64,000 nt of DNA from an uncultured Holophaga sp. (lineage in GTDB: Bacteria; Acidobacteriota; Holophagae; Holophagales; Holophagaceae). The notes beneath the pieces are model-generated. The model was given only the letters and a program-made list of their open reading frames with translations, did not search any database and had not been told where the DNA came from. The DNA lies in NCBI GenBank assembly GCA_963664825.1, contig OY761614.1:1024001-1088000 (forward strand), in the 5' to 3' direction. Position 1 is the first letter of the stretch. Each line of letters begins with the position of its first letter. Made by a program: the position numbers and the translations under genes. Shown piece by piece: positions 39,732 through 58,857 of this stretch.

Positions 39732-39999
39732 GCAGCCTCCCGAATCTAGGGGGGAAGGTAAGGTGACGGCCCGAAAAGCGCAAGGCACCATTTTGGGAAT
39801 TCTATTCACGCCCAGGTGGGCAGCCCCCTCAAGGAAGGCGGGAGACCTACCCTCCCATGGTAAACTTTCCGGGAATATCAATCGCCTCGGCGGCGACCTC
39901 TGCAGGAAGCCCACCTCCCCATCAATCTCGATCTGGCGGAGGGTTTCATGGAGCGATCGCGCCGGGGACATGAGCGGGGCCATTACCCCAGGAGACTTC

Positions 40000-42180
40000 A
40001 TGAATACATTAACTTTCCACCCCACCACCGTCAGCGTGGATCTCGGCGGAACCCCCATCAGCCTCGAGACGGGGCGCATCGCCAAGCAGGCCGCCGGCTC
40101 CGTGGTCGTCCGCCAGGGCGACACCATGGTCCTGGTGGCCGTCTGCACCGCCGATCCCCGGGAAGGCATCGACTTCTTCCCCCTCACGGTGGACTATCGC
40201 GAACCCGTCTTTGCCGCCGGCAAGATCCCTGGCGGCTGGTTCAAGCGCGAGGGCAAGCAGACCACGAAAGAAACCCTCACCAGCCGCCTCATCGATCGCC
40301 CCCTGCGCCCCCTCTTCGAGGAAGGCTACAACGGCGACACCATGATCACCTGCCAGGTCATCAGCTACGATGGCCAGCATGCCCCGGAAGTCCTGGCCCT
40401 GGTGGGTGCCTCGGCGGCCCTCATCATCAGCGAGATCCCCTTCCACAGCCCCGTGGGCGGTGTGCGGGTGGGCCGCGTCAACGGGCAGCTCGTGGTGAAC
40501 CCCACCACCGATCAGCGCGAGGGCAGCGATCTCGATCTGGTCGTGGCCGGCACGGACGAGGCCCTGGTGATGGTCGAATGCGGCGCCCAGGAAGTGCAGG
40601 AAGCCGATATGGTGAAGGCCCTGGAATTCGGCCAGGAGCAGATCCGCATCCTGGTGAAGCTCCAGCAGGAGCTCCAGGCCAAGGTCGGCAAGGCCAAGAT
40701 GGTGCCGGTGAAAGTCGAGCTGAACCAGGATATCTATAAGCAGGTGGCTGACACCTTCGCCGAGAAGCTCTTCAAGGCCCTCACCATGAAGGTGAAGATC
40801 GAGAGCTACAAGGCCATCGACGCCCTCAAGAAGGAAGCCGTCAAGGCCCTGGCCACCGAAAAGCCTGAGCTGAAGAAGGAGGTCGTCGCCAGCTTCGAAC
40901 TCCTCAAGGAGACCCTGTTCCGCAATGCCGTCCTCAAGCAGGGCGTGCGCCTGGATGGCCGCAAGTTCGACCAGATCCGCCCCCTCAACATCGAAGTGGG
41001 CGTCCTGCCTTCCTCCCACGGTTCCTGCCTCTTCACCCGCGGCGAGACCCAGGCCATGGTCACCACCACCCTGGGCACCCTCCAAAACATCCAGATCATC
41101 GATGGCCTGGAAGAGGAGTACAAGAAGAAGTTCTACCTGCACTACAACTTCCCCGGCTACTCCGTGGGCGAATGCAAGCCCAACCGTGGCCCCGGACGCC
41201 GGGAGATCGGTCACGGCATGCTGGCCGAGCGCTCCCTCTTCGCCATGATGCCTGACGCCGAGCAGAACCCCTACACCGTGCGCGTGGTCAGCGATATCAC
41301 CGAGAGCAACGGCTCCAGCTCCATGGCCACCATCTGCGGCGGCACCCTGGCACTGATGGACGCAGGCATCAAGCTGAAGGCACCGGTGGCCGGCGTGGCC
41401 ATGGGCCTCGTCAGCGATGGCGACAAGTTTGTGGTGCTCACCGATATCGCCGGTCAGGAAGACCACTATGGCGATATGGACTTCAAGGTGGCCGGCACGC
41501 CCAATGGCATCACTGCCCTCCAGATGGATATCAAGATCGGCGGCATCACCACCGCGATCCTCACCAAGGCCCTTGACCAGGCCAAGAAGGGCCGCCTGGA
41601 ATTGCTGGCCGCAATGGGCAACGTGCTGGCCGCACCTCGCGCCGAATTCGCGGGCAACGCTCCCCAGATGCACAGCCTCCAGCTCCCCAAGGAAAAGATC
41701 CGCGACGTCATCGGCAAGGGCGGCGTGACCATCCGCGGCATCATCGAGACCAGCGGCTGCGACGTGAACATCGATGACAACGGCCTCTGCCAGGTTTCCG
41801 GACCCACCCAGGAGAAGCTGCAGGTCGCCCTCAAGATGATCGGCGATCTCATTCAGAGCGCCGAAGTGGGCGCCACCTACCTGGGCAAGGTCGCCAAAGT
41901 CGTCGAATTCGGCGCCTTCGTGACGATCCTCCCCGGCATCGATGGCCTGCTGCACGTGAGTGAAATGGCCCCCTACCGGGTCGCCAATCCCGCCGACGAA
42001 GTGAGCGAAGGCCAGGAGATCATGGTCAAGTGCATCGGCGTCGACGAGCGCGGCAAGATCAAGCTTAGCCGCAAGGCCCTGTTGCCCAAGGTCGAAGGCG
42101 AGGAAGGCCAGGCTCCCACCGAAGGCGAACCCGCCGCCAGCGAGGAGCGCCCCCGGCGCCCCCGCGCACCCAGGCGCTAA
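40000..42180 (+). CDS. pnp: Polyribonucleotide nucleotidyltransferase (PNPase)
   Basis: AGGAG SD; ETGRIAKQA, FFPLTVDY, RREIGHG, ESNGSSSMA, GDMDFKVAG, plus KH and S1 domains. Confidence 0.98.
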   Translation: MNTLTFHPTTVSVDLGGTPISLETGRIAKQAAGSVVVRQGDTMVLVAVCTADPREGIDFFPLTVDYREPVFAAGKIPGGWFKREGKQTTKETLTSRLIDRPLRPLFEEGYNGDTMITCQVISYDGQHAPEVLALVGASAALIISEIPFHSPVGGVRVGRVNGQLVVNPTTDQREGSDLDLVVAGTDEALVMVECGAQEVQEADMVKALEFGQEQIRILVKLQQELQAKVGKAKMVPVKVELNQDIYKQVADTFAEKLFKALTMKVKIESYKAIDALKKEAVKALATEKPELKKEVVASFELLKETLFRNAVLKQGVRLDGRKFDQIRPLNIEVGVLPSSHGSCLFTRGETQAMVTTTLGTLQNIQIIDGLEEEYKKKFYLHYNFPGYSVGECKPNRGPGRREIGHGMLAERSLFAMMPDAEQNPYTVRVVSDITESNGSSSMATICGGTLALMDAGIKLKAPVAGVAMGLVSDGDKFVVLTDIAGQEDHYGDMDFKVAGTPNGITALQMDIKIGGITTAILTKALDQAKKGRLELLAAMGNVLAAPRAEFAGNAPQMHSLQLPKEKIRDVIGKGGVTIRGIIETSGCDVNIDDNGLCQVSGPTQEKLQVALKMIGDLIQSAEVGATYLGKVAKVVEFGAFVTILPGIDGLLHVSEMAPYRVANPADEVSEGQEIMVKCIGVDERGKIKLSRKALLPKVEGEEGQAPTEGEPAASEERPRRPRAPRR

Positions 42181-42204
42181 GCCCCAACACCGTTAACTCC
42201 GCAT

Positions 42205-42238
42205 AACAGAAGGGGCCCCGTCAGGGCCCCTTCTGTTT
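42205..42238 (+). terminator. Intrinsic terminator after pnp
   Basis: AACAGAAGGGGCCC-CGTCA-GGGCCCCTTCTGTTT. Confidence 0.75.
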
Positions 42239-42275
42239 GCCAGCGCGGATCGTTCGAGAATTAGAAAAGCAGGCC

Positions 42276-42306
42276 AAAAAAAACGCCCGCCGGATGGCGG
42301 GCGTTT
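42276..42306 (-). terminator. Intrinsic terminator after rpoC
   Basis: AAACGCCCGCC-ATCC-GGCGGGCGTTTTTTTT on the minus strand. Confidence 0.85.
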
Positions 42307-42326
42307 CCCATTCAGAGAGGAACTTC

Positions 42327-46577
<4,251 letters not shown>

Positions 46578-46649
46578 AGTGACCTCGTCAATCTATTCGC
46601 TGGATCAGGCTTCTCGCTGGATCAGGCAGGCGGGACCGGAGTCCCGACG

Positions 46650-51176
<4,527 letters not shown>

Positions 51177-51413
51177 GGTTCACTCCAGGATCATGCCGGG
51201 AACCGCCGCAGCGGCCCCCCGGAGAGGCACAGGTTTGAATTCTTCAACGGCATGACACGCGCCCACAAGCCAAGGGCCAGTCTTCCATCCGTTCCGGAAG
51301 GAAGCTGACCCCAACGACTTGGACATGCACGTGCAGGGGATGTATAGCAACCGAAGCCCTTCGTGGTGGCTGGGTTCTGCCTGCCCGGGGCGCCGACCCG
51401 GGCGTAAGGAATA

Positions 51414-51441
51414 AGCATACCACTTTACGCGAGAGGCGCAA
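51414..51441 (-). promoter_or_regulatory. Putative internal promoter for rpoBC
   Basis: TTGCGC-16 nt-TATGCT with an extended -10 (TGg), in the rplL-rpoB spacer. Confidence 0.55.
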
Positions 51442-51499
51442 AGCGCAAAGCGCAAGGCACACCCGGCGCCTCGCGCTTTGCGTTTCCAGCGGGAACGGT

Positions 51500-51874
51500 C
51501 TACTTAATCGTGACCTTGGCGCCGGCTGCCTCAAGCTTTTCCTTGATCTTGGCAGCCTCTTCCTTGGTCGCGCCTTCCTTGACGACCTTGGGAGCGCCGT
51601 CCACCAAGTCCTTAGCCTCTTTGAGGCCGAGGCCGGGGACGATCTCGCGGACCGCCTTGATGACGTTCAGCTTGTTGGCGCCCGTTTCGGTGAGCTCGAC
51701 GTCAAATTCGGTCTGCTCTTCGGCGGCGGCGGCAGGGGCGGCGGAACCACCCCCCACGGAGACGGCGGCGGCAGAGACGCCGAAGCGCTCTTCAAGAGCC
51801 TTGACCAAGCTGGCCAGCTCGAGAACGGTCATGGATTCGATTTCCTGGATCAACTGATCGGCGGTGAGAGCCAT
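51500..51874 (-). CDS. rplL: 50S ribosomal protein L7/L12
   Basis: [18 protein letters not shown] and [11 protein letters not shown]. Confidence 0.98.
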   Translation of the reverse strand: MALTADQLIQEIESMTVLELASLVKALEERFGVSAAAVSVGGGSAAPAAAAEEQTEFDVELTETGANKLNVIKAVREIVPGLGLKEAKDLVDGAPKVVKEGATKEEAAKIKEKLEAAGAKVTIK

Positions 51875-51940
51875 GGGGTACTCCTCTCGGAATTGAGATT
51901 CGGGGTTGAGGTGAAGCGACTCTAGCCAAGCAACGCTTCG

Positions 51941-52432
51941 CTAAGCCGCGCCTTCCTTCTGCTGCCGGATCTGGTCCAAAGCAATGGCCAAGCCGGAAAC
52001 AGGGTACTGCATGAGATAGAGCAGCTTGCTGATGAGCACGTCGCGGCTCGGGAGTTCGGCAATGGCCTGGAACTCCTGGATCGAGACGGCCTTCCCATCG
52101 AGGATGGCGCCCTTGAAATTAGCCGCCGGATTATCCTTCAGGAAGACGCTCACAGCCTTGGCGAGGGAGACGATATCGCCTTCGCTGGTCGCGACGGCCG
52201 TGGCGCCCTTGAAATGTGGAGTGAGCACTTCAAAGGGGGTTTCCTTCACGGCCAGGCGCAACAGGGTGTTCTTGGACACCCGGTAATGGGCCTTGCTCTC
52301 GCGGATGTTCTTTCGGAAGGCCGTGTCCTTGACCACGCTGAGGCCCTTGAAGCCCAGCACCACCGCAGACTTAGCCGAGGTGAATGTACCCTGGAGGAGG
52401 GTCACTTCTTGATGCTTCTGTTCGCGTTCCAT
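51941..52432 (-). CDS. rplJ: 50S ribosomal protein L10
   Basis: FKGLSV, VSKNTLL and AELPSR; start MEREQK at 52432. Confidence 0.96.
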   Translation of the reverse strand: MEREQKHQEVTLLQGTFTSAKSAVVLGFKGLSVVKDTAFRKNIRESKAHYRVSKNTLLRLAVKETPFEVLTPHFKGATAVATSEGDIVSLAKAVSVFLKDNPAANFKGAILDGKAVSIQEFQAIAELPSRDVLISKLLYLMQYPVSGLAIALDQIRQQKEGAA

Positions 52433-52440
52433 GCTCCGCC

Positions 52441-53133
52441 TCACTTCTCAACAATGCTGGTGGACACGGTCACGCTGGGGCCCATCGTCGAAGCCAAGTG
52501 AATGGCCATGACGTACTTGCCCTTGGCTGCGGACGGTTTGGCCTTCTGCACGGCGTTGATGAGGGCGCGGGCGTTTTCCACCAGCTTCTCAACTCCGAAG
52601 GACAGCTTGCCCACACCAGCATGGATGATGCCGGTCTTGTCGACGCGGTATTCCACCTTTCCGGCCTTGATCTCCTTGATGGCCTTGGCCACGTCGAAGG
52701 TCACGGTTCCGGTCTTGGGGTTCGGCATGAGGCCTCGGGGACCGAGCACCTTACCGAGACGACCCACGCCCTTCATCATGTCAGGCGTCGCCACGAGGGC
52801 GTCGAATTCCAGAAAACCGCCTGCGATGCGTTCCACAAGATCGTCGCCACCGACGATCTCTGCGCCCACGGCTTCCGCCTCTTTGATCTTTTCGCCTCCA
52901 GCGATGACGGCCACCCGCATTGTCTTGCCCGTTCCATGGGGCAGGACGATGGTGCCGCGAACCATCTGGTCCGCGTGGCGGGGGTCGACACCGAGCCTCA
53001 TGTGCAATTCCACAGTCTCATCGAACTTGGCGTAAGCCACGTCCTTGATGGCAGTGAGCGCATCCTTGAGGTCATAAGGGCGATCCTCGATCGTGGAGGC
53101 GGCAGCCCGGTACTTCTTGCCAGGTTTTGCCAT
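52441..53133 (-). CDS. rplA: 50S ribosomal protein L1
   Basis: [26 protein letters not shown] and STMGP. Confidence 0.98.
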   Translation of the reverse strand: MAKPGKKYRAAASTIEDRPYDLKDALTAIKDVAYAKFDETVELHMRLGVDPRHADQMVRGTIVLPHGTGKTMRVAVIAGGEKIKEAEAVGAEIVGGDDLVERIAGGFLEFDALVATPDMMKGVGRLGKVLGPRGLMPNPKTGTVTFDVAKAIKEIKAGKVEYRVDKTGIIHAGVGKLSFGVEKLVENARALINAVQKAKPSAAKGKYVMAIHLASTMGPSVTVSTSIVEK

Positions 53134-53171
53134 AACTACTCCTCTTCGGAAGATCTTCCGCGATAACGGTC

Positions 53172-53208
53172 GCGGTTACCGGGAGTTCCGCACGCTGCGG
53201 TCCTCCGC
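53172..53208 (-). promoter_or_regulatory. Probable L1-binding autoregulatory RNA site between rplK and rplA
   Basis: GCGGAGG-(hairpin CCGCA-GCG-UGCGG)-CCCGGUAACCGC resembles the asymmetric-loop L1 operator pattern GYGG(G)AGG...CC..AACCRC. Judged by eye only. Confidence 0.55.
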
Positions 53209-53218
53209 AAAAAAACAA

Positions 53219-53650
53219 TCAGTCAACGACCTCGACGCCCATGGAGCGCGCGGAGCCGGCGATGGAGCGCATGGCCGATTCGAGGCTGCCGGCATTGAGA
53301 TCGGGCATCTTGGCCTTGGCGATCTCTTCGAGCTGCACCTTGGTGAGCTTGCCCACCTTCTGTTTGTTAGGCGTGGCGCTGCCCTTGTCGAGGCCGAGCT
53401 TCTTCTTGATGAGGACGGCCGCGGGGGGCGTCTTCAGGATGAAGCTGAAGCTGCGGTCACCAAAGACCGTGATCACCACGGGAACGATGGTGCCCTTCTC
53501 CACGGCACCCACGGACTTCGCGTTGAACTGCTTCACGAATTCCATGATATTGACGCCGTGCTGGCCAAGAGCCGGGCCCACGGGAGGGGCCGGGGTGGCT
53601 TCGCCTGCGGGAAGCTGCAGCTTGATGTATCCGGTGACCTTCTTTGCCAT
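53219..53650 (-). CDS. rplK: 50S ribosomal protein L11
   Basis: [24 protein letters not shown] and IAGSARSMG. Confidence 0.98.
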   Translation of the reverse strand: MAKKVTGYIKLQLPAGEATPAPPVGPALGQHGVNIMEFVKQFNAKSVGAVEKGTIVPVVITVFGDRSFSFILKTPPAAVLIKKKLGLDKGSATPNKQKVGKLTKVQLEEIAKAKMPDLNAGSLESAMRSIAGSARSMGVEVVD

Positions 53651-53766
53651 GTTCGTCTTCCTTTCCCGCAGCGGATTCCGGCAAATGCCGGCGACTGCTG
53701 CCTTCAAGGGCGTGCGGCAGGATTACCGCGTGCCTGGTCTGCGTTTCGAAGCCTTTTGAAAACGCG

Positions 53767-54402
53767 TCAGCGTTTTTCAACCTGGATGAAATCGAGTTCG
53801 ACGGAGGTGCTGCGCCCGAAGACCGTCACCATCACCTTGATGGTGGAACGTTCCTCGTGGATCTCATCCACATCCCCTTCAAAATTAGCGAAGGGGCCGT
53901 CTATGATACGGACCTTTTCACCCTTTTCAAAGTGGAATTTAGGCTTGGGCCGCTCCTGGGTCTCCTCGGTGTGGTTCATGATCTGCCGGACTTCATCATC
54001 CGTGAGGGGCGTGGGCCGCTTCTTATTGGCGCCGACGAAGCTGGTCACCTTGGGCGTATTACGCACCAGATGCCAATCGGCATCCTCCATTTCGGAGATC
54101 GCGCCCTTCTTGGTGACGGCGATCTGCACGAGCAGGTAGCCGGGGAAGGATTTGCGCTTCTTGAGAATGCGCTCCTTCTTCCCGCTCTTGGCATCCACCT
54201 TCATTTCTTCGTAGGTCTCTTCTGGGATCTGAATATCGCCGAAAGAGGTGTCCCGGGCTTCCATCTTGATGCGCTGCCGCAAGCTCTCCATCACCTTGGC
54301 TTCGTAGCCCGAGTAGGTGTGAATGATGAACCAGGCCAGTTTCTGTTCTGGAATAGCCTCGACGGGAATCGGGGCCTGCTGAGTGCCGATGAGATCAGTC
54401 AT
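53767..54402 (-). CDS. nusG: Transcription elongation factor NusG
   Basis: WFIIHTYSGYE, FPGYLLV, and KOW motif VRIIDGPFANF...VFGRST. Confidence 0.97.
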   Translation of the reverse strand: MTDLIGTQQAPIPVEAIPEQKLAWFIIHTYSGYEAKVMESLRQRIKMEARDTSFGDIQIPEETYEEMKVDAKSGKKERILKKRKSFPGYLLVQIAVTKKGAISEMEDADWHLVRNTPKVTSFVGANKKRPTPLTDDEVRQIMNHTEETQERPKPKFHFEKGEKVRIIDGPFANFEGDVDEIHEERSTIKVMVTVFGRSTSVELDFIQVEKR

Positions 54403-54415
54403 GCGTCCTCCAGGC

Positions 54416-54607
54416 CTAGTGGTTAGGGAGGATGAAGCTCATCCCCCAGGTAATGCACCGGTCTGCGGTGTACAGGAAGACCGCCACAAATAGGGAGACG
54501 ACGACGACGGCTCCGGTGGAGCTCATCACCTTCTCCTTGGTTGGCCAATCCACGCGGTTGAGTTCGGCGAGGAGGTCCTTCGTTTGCTGCTTGATGGTGG
54601 TGATCAA
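54416..54607 (-). CDS. secE: Preprotein translocase subunit SecE
   Basis: ELNRVDWPT followed by a single TM helix; sits before nusG. TTG start inferred from the GAGGGGG SD. Confidence 0.9.
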   Translation of the reverse strand: MITTIKQQTKDLLAELNRVDWPTKEKVMSSTGAVVVVSLFVAVFLYTADRCITWGMSFILPNH

Positions 54608-54635
54608 GATGTACCCCCTCAGCGGGCGGACTTTC

Positions 54636-54669
54636 AATAAACCGGCCCCAGCGCGAAAGGCTGGGGCCG
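54636..54669 (-). terminator. Hairpin after tRNA-Trp (terminator or processing site)
   Basis: CGGCCCCAGC-CTTTCGC-GCTGGGGCCG followed by GTTTATT. Confidence 0.55.
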
Positions 54670-54677
54670 AAACGAAG

Positions 54678-54753
54678 TGGCAGGGGAGACAGGGGTCGAA
54701 CCTGCGACCTGCGGATTTGGAGTCCGCTGCTCTGCCAGCTGAGCTACTCCCCT
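54678..54753 (-). tRNA. tRNA-Trp (CCA)
   Basis: 76-nt cloverleaf; anticodon arm GCGGA-CTCCAAA-TCCGC, GTTCGA T-loop and encoded CCA. Confidence 0.97.
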
Positions 54754-54807
54754 ATAGTCAAGAGGCTAGCGCCGAACCCCGCCCTGAGGCAGAGTCCGGC
54801 GTCCGAC

Positions 54808-54957
54808 CTACTTCGCTTCGCGATGAATCTTGTGGCCGCCACAGAACCGGCAGAATTTCTTGAATTCAAGCTTGCCGGTGGTGGTTCTCTTGTTCTTGGT
54901 TGTGCTGTAGTTCTTGCGCTTGCATTCAGCGCACTGCAATTGAACGATATCGCGCAT
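54808..54957 (-). CDS. rpmG: 50S ribosomal protein L33 (Zn-binding form)
   Basis: Manual translation: MRDIVQLQCAECKRKNYSTTKNKRTTTGKLEFKKFCRFCGGHKIHREAK. Confidence 0.97.
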   Translation of the reverse strand: MRDIVQLQCAECKRKNYSTTKNKRTTTGKLEFKKFCRFCGGHKIHREAK

Positions 54958-54979
54958 GACGGAATCCTTGCTGTTTCAG

Positions 54980-56179
<1,200 letters not shown>

Positions 56180-56232
56180 TGTTGCCTCCTGAGGTGGGTG
56201 GAATTGATGAAACGTGCGAGGGACGAAAGAAG

Positions 56233-56307
<75 letters not shown>

Positions 56308-56317
56308 CTGGAACTTC

Positions 56318-56393
<76 letters not shown>

Positions 56394-56428
56394 TTGCTGA
56401 CCAGCCTTCCTCGAAAGGACTGGATGGG

Positions 56429-56515
56429 TGGTGCCGAGAGAAGGATTCGAACCTCCGTAACGCGTTGCGTGGCAGATTTACAGTCTGCTGCCATTAACCA
56501 CTCGGCCATCTCGGC
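56429..56515 (-). tRNA. tRNA-Tyr (GTA)
   Basis: 87 nt with a long variable arm; anticodon arm GCAGA-CTGTAAA-TCTGC and encoded CCA. Confidence 0.97.
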
Positions 56516-56586
56516 ATTGTATTCGGTTGTCAATCTTCCTCATCCGGTAGCTCTGCGGGGCAAAGCTTTCCTGATAGGGAATCCGA

Positions 56587-56615
56587 AAGATATCACGCAC
56601 ATCGCCCGACCACAA
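56587..56615 (-). promoter_or_regulatory. Putative promoter of the tRNA-tuf operon
   Basis: TTGTGG-17 nt-TATCTT with an extended -10 (TGa). Confidence 0.45.
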
Positions 56616-56625
56616 CCGGAAAAGT

Positions 56626-57360
56626 TCAGCGGCTTCCATTGGCACGCACCGCCAACACACGGAAAAGCATGACCGAGGCCGCCGCAGAGACATTCAGGCT
56701 CTCGATTCCGCCAGGCATGGGGATGCGGAGCAAAGCGTCACAGTGCTCGGCGATCTTCTCGTGCAGTCCCTCCCCTTCCGAACCGAGCACAAGCACCGTG
56801 GCCCGATCGAAGGGCTCCCGGAGGTAATCCGTGCTCTTGGGTCCGGCCGCCAACCCGAAGGTCCAGGCTCCGACCTCCTTGAGCTCCTCCAGAGCGCGGG
56901 CGAGATTCACCACACGCACCAGCGAGACCCTGGCGGCCGTCCCGGCGCTGGCGCGGACCACGGTATCGTTGACCTGGGCGCTGCGCCGCTCGGGGAAGAC
57001 GACCCCATCCACCCCCGCCGCCGCGGCGGATCGCAGGATCGCCCCGAAATTATGAGGGTCGGTCACGCCGTCCAGAGCCAGGACCAGAGCCGCGTTCCCC
57101 CGTTCCCGCACACGGTCCAGCAGGGCCTCCATGGAATCCAGACGCAGCTCGCCCCCTTCTCCCAACACACCCTGGTGGCGCTGGCCCTCGGCCCTGCGGT
57201 CGAGGCTATCCATGGGCTCCCGGTGCACGGTCACACCCGCGGCCCGGGCCTCGGTTCGGAGCTTGGCACACCGCTCCCAGGCCGGAGGAGCGATGCGGAG
57301 CACCTGCAGCTCCCCCTGGGCTAGGGCTTCTTCACACGCATGGGGACCGAGAAAGCGCAT
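56626..57360 (-). CDS. rlmB: 23S rRNA (guanosine-2'-O)-methyltransferase RlmB (SpoU family)
   Basis: HQGV, LDGVTDPHNFGAILRSA, GSEGEG and IPM...SLNVS. Confidence 0.92.
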   Translation of the reverse strand: MRFLGPHACEEALAQGELQVLRIAPPAWERCAKLRTEARAAGVTVHREPMDSLDRRAEGQRHQGVLGEGGELRLDSMEALLDRVRERGNAALVLALDGVTDPHNFGAILRSAAAAGVDGVVFPERRSAQVNDTVVRASAGTAARVSLVRVVNLARALEELKEVGAWTFGLAAGPKSTDYLREPFDRATVLVLGSEGEGLHEKIAEHCDALLRIPMPGGIESLNVSAAASVMLFRVLAVRANGSR

Positions 57361-57365
57361 GGGAT

Positions 57366-58742
57366 TCAGAAACTCCGCTTGAAGCCGATGGACCAGAGAT
57401 GGCCCATGGCCTCGATGCGGGTCTTGGTGCCCACGGTCCGGTACCCCAAGTTGTCCCAAGTCCCCTCGGTGTTGTAGCTATCGAGATCCAGGTTCTGCCG
57501 GAACTGGTAGCCCACATTCAGCTCGCCACCCCAGATCCGGTAGCCCGCACCAAGGGAAAAGGCCGCCGACCGCGACCCGGAGAGGAGCGGATTGACGTTG
57601 GCGTCATCCTGGAGGGCCGGTTCGAAGGAGGCGCCGGCCCGCAGCGTCCAGAAGCGGCCCACCAGCACCTCCGCCATGGCGCTCACCCCAAACCCGCTGC
57701 GGAAGCCCGTCGGCAGCTCGGTGCCGATGTCCCCGCTGAGGGTGGTCACGGTGGGCGAGGAAGGCAGTTCCATGCTGGAGCCCTCGATATGGTGCACGTC
57801 TAGTTCCCAGGTGACGAACTGGTTCACACGCTGCCGCAGGCCGAGGGTGGCCTTGCCCGGCAGCACGATGCGGCGGGAGCCGGGCTGGTATTGGAGCCCT
57901 GCCACCGTGGCCGCCTCCCGGAGGTTCATCTCCGGGCCCTGGTTTGGAAGGCCATACCCCGAGGGGTTCACGAACAGGGGCTGATCCCCGCCCTGGCTCG
58001 CATGAAGATCCAGGTTCCCCCTCAGGGCCGCCTGATAGGTCCCGGCCAGGGTCCACCGGGGATGGAGGGCCCACCGGAAGCCCAGGGAATAGGAGGGCAC
58101 CGTGACCTTCCCGCCCTGCTGGGCCCTCACTTCGGCCAGGGCCTCGATGGGGTTCGTGGAACTCGCTGGCAGCGAGGGATCCTCCAGCACGAGGGCCCGG
58201 TAATTGGCGCTGAAATCGTAGGACAGTCGGGCCAAGCCCACGCCCACCCCCAGGGAGAAATCCGGACGGATGGCCCAGGCCCCCTGGAATTCCAGGCGTT
58301 CGGCCTTGAGGTCGAGGCTTCGCCCCAGGAAACGGATGGTGCTCTGGTTGGAGATCTCCCCATGACGAAGAAAGGGCTCGTCGAACTTGAGACCAAAGGA
58401 AAAGCGATCATTGGCCTTCCAGGCGCCCCCGAAGGAAGGCAGCGCGCGATTCCGCTCACCGGTGAAGAGGCTGCGCTGGGTGGATTGCAGGGAATCCTGG
58501 GCGGAGGCCATATCCATACCCAGACCCAGATAGGCGCTGGAGGCATCGCGAAGGGTGACGAGAAGGGCTGGATTGAGGGTGCAGGCCTCCAGGCTCTGAC
58601 CAAAGGCCACACCCGTGCCGCTGCGGGCGATACCCACCGGGTCAGAGGCCGGGAGCCAGAGGCTCTGGGCAGCCAGGGGACCCGAAAGCCCCGCCACGAG
58701 GCCCGCCAGGCCAGTTCCCAACCATCGATACAAACGCGCCAT
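57366..58742 (-). CDS. OmpP1/FadL/TodX family outer membrane transporter
   Basis: Signal peptide, hatch with ARSGTGVA and NPA motif, alternating beta-strand pattern and a C-terminal Phe. Confidence 0.8.
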   Translation of the reverse strand: MARLYRWLGTGLAGLVAGLSGPLAAQSLWLPASDPVGIARSGTGVAFGQSLEACTLNPALLVTLRDASSAYLGLGMDMASAQDSLQSTQRSLFTGERNRALPSFGGAWKANDRFSFGLKFDEPFLRHGEISNQSTIRFLGRSLDLKAERLEFQGAWAIRPDFSLGVGVGLARLSYDFSANYRALVLEDPSLPASSTNPIEALAEVRAQQGGKVTVPSYSLGFRWALHPRWTLAGTYQAALRGNLDLHASQGGDQPLFVNPSGYGLPNQGPEMNLREAATVAGLQYQPGSRRIVLPGKATLGLRQRVNQFVTWELDVHHIEGSSMELPSSPTVTTLSGDIGTELPTGFRSGFGVSAMAEVLVGRFWTLRAGASFEPALQDDANVNPLLSGSRSAAFSLGAGYRIWGGELNVGYQFRQNLDLDSYNTEGTWDNLGYRTVGTKTRIEAMGHLWSIGFKRSF

Positions 58743-58857
58743 GCTCCAACCTCCGAAAAGGGTCCGCTTCCCAAATGGCGCGGGGGCCCCACAGGTTCAA
58801 TACCGAACCCCAGGATGGCCGAAGGTCCCCCAGCCACCAAGGGGCTATTCTTGAGGA

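Noticed and set aside
56516..56545. GATTGACAACCGAATA before tRNA-Tyr as a promoter -35 or a boxA element
   Set aside because: No -10 fits at the right distance before the tRNA, and the resemblance to boxA is too loose to call without the genome's rrn leader.
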